Positions 39,281-45,926 of a DNA stretch of 45,926 bases are shown piece after piece. Below the pieces are notes generated by a model, which was not told the DNA's origin, did no database searches, and was given only the letters and a program-made list of their open reading frames with translations. The translations under genes and the position numbers were made by a program. Source of the DNA: Bugula neritina (lineage: Eukaryota; Animalia; Bryozoa). The stretch is from contig CAXIUT010000111.1 in assembly GCA_964035545.1 (NCBI GenBank), positions 1-45,926 of the forward strand, in the 5' to 3' direction. The first letter of the stretch is position 1. Each line of letters opens with the position of its first letter.

Positions 39281-40409
39281 TCATAGTCTTGCAGCACTGG
39301 ATTATGAATCATTCTATTGAAAAATATATTCTCTTTAAAATGGTTTTTAAGGACAAATTTTTTTTTTTTCAAAGTATTGTCCTTTCTTGATGACTCAGTA
39401 TCGAAGATTTCAACGCAATGAGTGAAAGGATGAGGCATGTGAAGCCTAAGCTTACACTAGATCTTTTTCTGAATAAACTTAGATGTACATTCTAGCTGGT
39501 GATGAGGTAGTCGCTGAACTCAAGAGTTGTCTTTTGCTTCAAAGTTTGTTGGTCTATTTTGCCTTAGAGATAGTCACAGAAAATGCCAATGTTCTAGACA
39601 GACTTGGTGATGAACAGACAGTAGTTCGATGCTGAAATGATTCTAGGCTAAGAATAGTTGTACTCTTTCAAAGGAGCCTTGTATTTGCAGAGTTAGAGAG
39701 CATAGTCTTCAACATCTTCTCCTAGTAGTTCAAGCAAAGCCTTTGATATCACCAACTTATTAGGTGCTACATCACAGATACACAGTTTGTCTTCTAGTTG
39801 ATCGATAGAAGACGATAGAGGTTGATACTTGACCCCTTTTATGGTTGCTTTTATCTTACTTAAGCTCTCATATTTTTGTATTGTTTTTTCTAATTATTTT
39901 CCCAATTAATAGAAGTCTTGATCTCCATAAGACATGAGTCGCTCTATCAAGTATTTTATTTTTAGTTTTTTGACTTATTAATCTTTTGAAATATTTATTG
40001 ATGTTAGATGTAGAACCACAAAGTTTGGTCTGATCTCTACTTTTTAAACAGGTTTAGTGTAAAATATCGATTGGTAGAAAGACTATTGATGGCTTTTATT
40101 TTTTAAAGATTTCTAGTTGATACTTACAATCTATATAGGAAAATGTGGACATCTAAAAAGTTCGTAACATGGTCGAAAGTTGGTGGCCTTTCGATTTGAG
40201 ATCTATAAAATAAGCCTAAATCTTTTTTTTTGATTTTTATGGATCTTTCATCACTTAAAATATGATAGATCATACCTTTATCTTGATATTGAATTTGCTT
40301 TTCCGTCGTCACCCTTGTTATTTTTTTAATCCTAGATAATCCTTACCTCAAAATCGTTGTCTGTTGCCAGATAACTGCCTTATTCTTACTCTTGCTTCAT
40401 GTTCATCAT
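39281..40409 (-). CDS. Unknown protein family Y, copy 3 (1-nt shortfall in an A12 run near 39358-39369)
   Basis: Paralog of 14400-15526 and 16691-17818 with the same introns. Alignment needs one more A to reach the shared ..RL-TGA end. Confidence 0.7.
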
Positions 40410-40531
40410 TTATGTCCTTTGAATAAATAATACCTTTCATAAAGACACTTCTTAAATTTCTAGAATTATTCTTATAATAATAGAGATAATATTCTGAGGT
40501 AAATTATATCTTATAAATAATAATAAAAAAA

Positions 40532-40599
40532 GGGTTGGGGTTGGGGTTGGGGTTGGGGTTGGGGTTGGGGTTGGGGTTGGGGTTGGGGTTGGGGTTGGG
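40532..40599 (+). repeat. Internal (TTGGGG)n telomeric tract
   Basis: ~11 perfect units, same orientation as the right telomere, with unique sequence on both sides. Confidence 0.97.
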
Positions 40600-40857
40600 T
40601 AGTTTATTTCACCATATATCATGACAATAAACAACCAAATAGAAACAAATCTTCAATATTTACTATTTATCATTTATCATTGATATATATATAAAAAAAA
40701 TAATAATATATAATAATAATAAATGTTGTTAAGCTACTATTATCAAAAACAAATATACTATTTAAAAGCGAAAAAACTTAGATTTTTGGATAAAAAACAA
40801 AACAAAATGAATTATCAATTGATATAATTATAACTAATAATGATACAACATATTTGA

Positions 40858-41358
40858 CTAAAAATCAATTTATATACTCAAGATAAAAACGACCTCCCGA
40901 GATTGAAAAATTAACATTTCGACCAAAAAAATTCATTCCCAGTTGATTATAATTATAATAATTTGAATAACTAGGAATATCTTCCTCATTTTTTAATACT
41001 CCAGATTAAACCTTTCGAAGTCCAATCACAATATCAAAAGCATTAGGATACTTTATTTCAGTCTTAAATAACTCTCCCTGTAAAAGACAAGCCAAAGCCT
41101 ACTTACGAAAAATCGTTTGATTAGAACCAGTAACCACTTTATAATGAACATTATAGAAATCTTAAGAACCTTCAAGAGCAGTTGGAATAGAAACAAAAAC
41201 ATGATTTTCGAGATTTATTCCTTAGTATTTTCTTTTGCTTTTTATCTATCTTATGTTTCCTTCGTATTTTGATAAATAAGGAATCTGTAGGGCTTTTGAA
41301 ACAGGTCCTTTCAGGAAAGCTAAAGTTTATAAAACTGAAGGGTCGCTACTTATGTTGA
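40858..41358 (+). other. Possible 5'-incomplete ORF with one hydrophobic segment
   Basis: TGA-free frame with LFLSIFFCFLSILCFL, but no in-frame ATG found. Confidence 0.25.
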
Positions 41359-41781
41359 AGATAGTTCTAGAGGTCAGACGAAGCATTCTTTAAACCTTTT
41401 AGTGATATATCTTATTTAATTATCATTTAAAGAGTTAGGTAGCATATATAAATAGAACAAAATCATAAACAAACTCTATAAAAATATATCTATTTATTGA
41501 TAAAATAGATCTACTAGTCATAGTAGCTCTAATAATATGTATATTTCTATCAAAATGATAAATATTTTTCTTTTAAACTTTTTAAAAACTAATATTAAGA
41601 CTTTTAAACCAGTCAATTATCATAAATACTCTAAAAAACTTGATAATAAAATTTCAAAAAGTATTACAATTCATCAACGAATCATATTTAACACTACATA
41701 TCAGTAGTACTCCTCTCTAATTTTTTAATCTATTTTTCATAGTATAACTATTCAAATCCCAAAAAAATCAATAATAAATCA

Positions 41782-42649
41782 ATGGCCCATAAACACTAAT
41801 CCCTCGCTGACGACTAATTCGCATAACAATAAAACAGAAAAGTACAAGAATTCGACAACACCTGCTACGAATCCTGTCTCATCTGCTGCGGCAGTTTCTT
41901 CGGCTGTCTCCGCATCTGGTGTCCCTGCATCTGTTGCTGCTGCACCTCACCAATCTACACCCTCCAAACTTCAAAACTAGGAGTCCATCAATCTTTCGGA
42001 AGATACATGCAAATCCTCAAGCCAGGCATCCACTTAGTAAACCCCATGTCAGAAAATGTAATCGATGTGGACATGAGAACAAACGTCTTCGAATTATCTC
42101 CACAACAAGTCATCACCAAAGACAACGTGTCCATGCAAATCCAAGCAATCGTCTTCTATAGAGCCATCAATCCCTACAAACTAGTCTACAAACTCAGAAA
42201 CGATACTGCCAGAATCAGATAATTCATCAAGGAGATGTCGTATGCAGCCATGAGATCAGTCATCGGCTAGAACGGATTCCAAGAACTTCTTTAACATAGA
42301 AGAAAAGTAGCATAGGAGTTGGAAATGTATGTAAAATAAAAAATATTTCCTTGGGGACTGTTCATCTAAAACATCTTCATCAAAGGTACATTCATAGATA
42401 TCTTCAGATGTTATTTTACAGGCATAGACACAGAAAAACATGCAATCAGCTGCCATCCAAAAACGAAAATCATAAGCCCTAATCATCTAAGCCCAAGCTA
42501 ACGTATAAACAGCCAAAATGATAAAATAAAGTTCAGAAATACTAAACCTAAATTCCGCCATGCAAATCAGATACCTATAAACCGTTCAAAATATGACAGA
42601 TAGATGCGGAAATAAAGTTCTTTTCATGAGCATGCATGGTAAAAATTGA
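41782..42649 (+). CDS. Stomatin / band 7 (SPFH) family protein
   Basis: Cys-rich N-terminus, FGRYMQILKPGIHLVNP..DMR..QQVITKDNVSMQI..AMRSVIG..WGLFIE..AMQIRYLET; 22-nt intron 42386-42407. Confidence 0.92.
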
Positions 42650-42739
42650 TACAATCATCAAACTGTCTTTTAATTATCATATTTAGATATAGATATTAAG
42701 AATCAATTTTGGAATATTTGATTTATTATTATAGAAAAC

Positions 42740-43478
42740 ATGAATACCACTTAATAGATGTCCTGGAAAGTCCAAGAGAATGACACAGCATCGACAGGTA
42801 CACCACATTGTATCAAGATTTTTATCCACTCAGATCATAGACCTCATAGATTTCACCAAAGAGTGCATGTCAAAAATAGCCAACAGATCAAATATAGTCT
42901 CAAATATCAACTTTACACTAAACTTTAAGTTTAAACTGGGAGATGTTGAAGGTAGCTATGTAGATATTAAGAGAATAAAAAATAATGAGGAATTGTAGAA
43001 ATTAACAGAATAGATAAAATAGTAATTATGCGGAATAAAGATGAGAGGAAATAATTAGATGAACAACATCAAGATGGGTCTAGACAAAAATTGTAAAAAT
43101 CTAGATAAATAAATAAACTACTACAAAAAATAATGGAAAAACATCAAAGATAAAACAAACGATTCCATCCAATAAGAAATCAATCACTTCAAATAAACAA
43201 ACCAAAAAGATCAAATCACCATGAACAAAATCATGTCTACCACTATGAACGACCTAAAAACAAAAAGAACACAATTGACTTCACTACTAAAACACCACAA
43301 ATAATAAAAAAAGAAATCAAGCAGCAATATCATGATGATGATCGAATAGGGAAGATCTCGACTGAATTGTTTATTTTAGACATAAAGAAAACAACGCAAT
43401 GAATACGAATAGATCGTATTGAATTTGTTGGATCGAACTGTCGATCAAGGTGAACTCATACTCAGAAGAATAGCATGA
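42740..43478 (+). CDS. Coiled-coil protein, possibly SF-assemblin-like
   Basis: Two predicted 20-nt introns. C-terminal ETERKQRNEYEEIVLNLLDRTV resembles the SF-assemblin tail; family call is tentative. Confidence 0.55.
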
Positions 43479-43513
43479 TCAAAATAAAACAATTATTATA
43501 AGATATTTAATTA

Positions 43514-44551
43514 TCAATGCTGCCCTACTATCGAATGAGCAGCCACGTTAAATGATAAATTAGTTGGATTATGCTTCCGAAATTCATTTTTACCATAAAG
43601 CTGATTTCTAGATACAGCATCCAGATCGATCGTCTTCATGTAGTCCTCACGACGACGCTGAAGCTAGGTATCGTAGTTGTTGACGTATTAGGGATTGCTT
43701 TTGTGGCGGTCGTTTGTGTTGAATAGATGCGAATGGCTGTCGATTAGCTATGATTGGTTTGGCGGGGTGCGGGATTGCTATGGTTGGTACTATGGCTGGT
43801 ACTATTTTTGGTACTATTGCTGATGTTCTTGTTTTTTTGGTTGTTTATGCTATGGGTGCATATACTGCTTCTCCAGTTATGAATATTTGTCCATCAGTTG
43901 CTCTTTAGGAGTTGTTTCTAAATGTTTATAATATGGTTTTGGCAATAAAGTTATCTGCTGCTTGCCATTCAATGAATCCGGCTGGTAGTCCATCTGACAA
44001 TACTTGGGATCTATATAAGGTTCATCTCTTCTCCTCTCAGGATTAACTAAATTCTAACGATTATTATTTATTCTGCTATTAGCCAACTCCTCTTTCTTAT
44101 GCTGCACAGTCTAGTACTGCTTAGTAGCTAAATACCTCCTCTTTTCTTAATATTCATGTTACTTATGTTCCTTCATATCCAAAGATTGATTATTCTTTCT
44201 CGCCAAATCCTCCTGAGCCCGTAACTTATACCTCACAGCCTAATTGACCCGTGTCCCACTACCCGCCCCCTCAATATCAGTGGTATCAAGACTACGCATG
44301 TAGGTCTTATCCATTGCAATTCTATTTTGATAAGGGTATTTCTAGGGACTAGAAAGAACGTTTTCTTGTTCGATTTATGATTGATATCTTGCGCCATAGT
44401 GACGACGACCGCTATCTGTAAAGTAATCCTGACCGGTTGGAATCTATGATGGGTATTATTTAGGTTTACGATTATACCAGGCTCGATCAGGAAGGTACCC
44501 TTGCCTGTAAAATGGACTTGCCTTATGGTAACTCAATTCGTTGTACTTCAT
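43514..44551 (-). CDS. Hypothetical protein with an LDTTDIEGA motif
   Basis: Open frame with one 19-nt intron (gtatttagctactaagcag); TGA 43514-43516. Confidence 0.65.
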
Positions 44552-44788
44552 TAATAAAATTATGAGGGATAGTTATATCATTAACAGGATTATCTGAAAT
44601 CAAAAAATAGTTGGAAAAAATAGTAAAAATTATCAATGAACTTGAGAAGATAAGAATGGTGGTTTAACTTAATTTTAGGAGTATGATTGATGAGGTGAAT
44701 TTGTTGTTGTTGATTGATTATTCATAATGAGTCAGTTATAAATATATCAAAATACTAATCAAAATATATATTATATTCTAACAGACAC

Positions 44789-45772
44789 ATGTAACCAAGA
44801 GCATTCGGCCGTGAAATCACCAACCTCATGGACATCAACCCTCACAAAAGAAACCATTCTCTACATTCACGCCTTAAAGACCTCAAAGACCTCAAAGCGC
44901 CAGTCAGCACTCGCAACAAAAGCATCATCTTGCCCTCCAACAAAGTCCCAGAACCCAAACCAGCCCCTCCAGCTCAACCAAATGCCCAAATGGTTCCAGA
45001 ATACTTCGAATAAAACATCAAATTCCTCATCACCCAAGAGAAGAAGAGACAACCCATCGGCAACTACATCTCATCGCACCAAATCCTCTCAACTAACTCA
45101 AGAAGCAAACTCATCGACTGGCTCTCAGAACTACACTACAAATACAAAATGTTCCCATAGACCATCTTCGCAGTAGTACATCTCGTAGACAAATACCTCT
45201 CCATCAGAAATGTTCCTCTATCCGAGTTGCAATTGGTCGGAACATCAGCTTTGTTCATTGCAGCCAAGTTCTAATAAACTTATCAAGTTCCACAAATCAA
45301 ACAGCTGCTCTCTGCATGTGCTGGACAGTACAGTGCCAAACAACTTCTAGCCACTGAGGCAGATATGATAGATGTCATGGGTTTTGAACTGATAGTCGAC
45401 TCTGTTTTCAAGTTTTACGAACCTTTGGCTAAAATGGCCGGCATGTAACCCAAAAACATGCATCTTGGTCAATATGTACTTGAATTAGCAATGACCAGAC
45501 CTAAATTTTTGGAATACCAGCCCAGCATGATGGCAGCTTCTTGCATCTACTTGATCAAAAAAATAAGAAAAAGCTAGAATGCATGGAGCGACAACTTATT
45601 GAAATTAACTAGCTACAAAGAATCCGATTTGAAGAGTTGCGCCAAGGAGTTGTGCGGATTGCTGGAAGAAGCCGGTTAGTTGGAACACTGCAAAGCTATA
45701 AAAAAGAAATTTTCAATGCCATCATACTACTAAGTAACCAGAATTCGACTCTAAAGAAAATAAAGACGGTGA
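44789..45772 (+). CDS. Mitotic (A/B-type) cyclin, 327 aa
   Basis: D-box-like RAFGREITN; RSKLIDWLSELHYKYKMFPETIF..VDKYLS..LQLVGTSALFIAAKFEETY..YVLELAM..PSMMAASCIYL..KKKFS. Confidence 0.93.
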
Positions 45773-45845
45773 TATTCTAATTCATTTATATTCGGCTATT
45801 CATATTTATCACTTATTTGCAGTATATAATAGATACAAATATATC

Positions 45846-45926
45846 GGGGTTGGGGTTGGGGTTGGGGTTGGGGTTGGGGTTGGGGTTGGGGTTGGGGTTG
45901 GGGTTGGGGTTGGGGTTGGGGTTGGG
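45846..45926. repeat. Right telomere, (TTGGGG)n
   Basis: Perfect T2G4 array to the sequence end. Confidence 0.98.

Noticed and set aside
40452-40634. PTPTPT ORF in the supplied track
   Set aside because: It is just the antisense translation of the internal telomere tract.
728-45176. Most short ORFs in the six-frame track; apparent mass pseudogenisation
   Set aside because: These are artefacts of treating TAA/TAG as stops and ignoring tiny introns; many are antisense or shadow frames of real genes.
258-45772. Standard ciliate code (TAR=Gln, table 6) or split code (TAA=Lys, TAG=Glu)
   Set aside because: Both codons sit at conserved Glu sites and interchange with GAA/GAG between paralogs, and Gln-rich genes avoid TAR. 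Only isolated sites, such as V[TAA]LVAG in the divergent cyclin, would fit Gln.
258-45772. TGA readthrough (Sec/Trp/Cys) or a stopless code
   Set aside because: No in-frame TGA was needed in any traced gene; TGA consistently marks the expected C-termini.

Overview
This is eukaryotic ciliate DNA. It looks like a complete ~46 kb macronuclear chromosome, capped by (CCCCAA)n at the left end and (TTGGGG)n at the right, with an extra internal telomere tract at 40532-40599. The supplied ORF track is largely misleading because the genes use a non-standard code: TAA and TAG both encode glutamate and TGA is the only stop (NCBI table 30, known from peritrichs). Genes are split by very short GT-AG introns of mostly 19-23 nt. 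Translated by hand with that code, the window is gene-dense (~28 genes). Recognisable products include two cyclins, a VPS9 GEF, a C2H2 zinc finger, a multi-RRM protein, a YTH m6A reader, CFAP91, NME7, CSN5, a double OB-fold protein, a Cys-rich/discoidin secreted protein, a LAMTOR3-like protein, HGD, POC1 and stomatin. The 10.9-18.3 kb region is a mosaic of diverged, partly inverted and internally deleted copies of loci elsewhere on the same chromosome (36.2-40.4 kb and the YTH gene). It holds two of three paralogs of an unknown gene and a possible new chimeric ORF. A hairpin-rich, GC-elevated island at ~7.75-7.99 kb is an unexplained ncRNA candidate. All calls come from manual translation and motif recognition; no database search was run.
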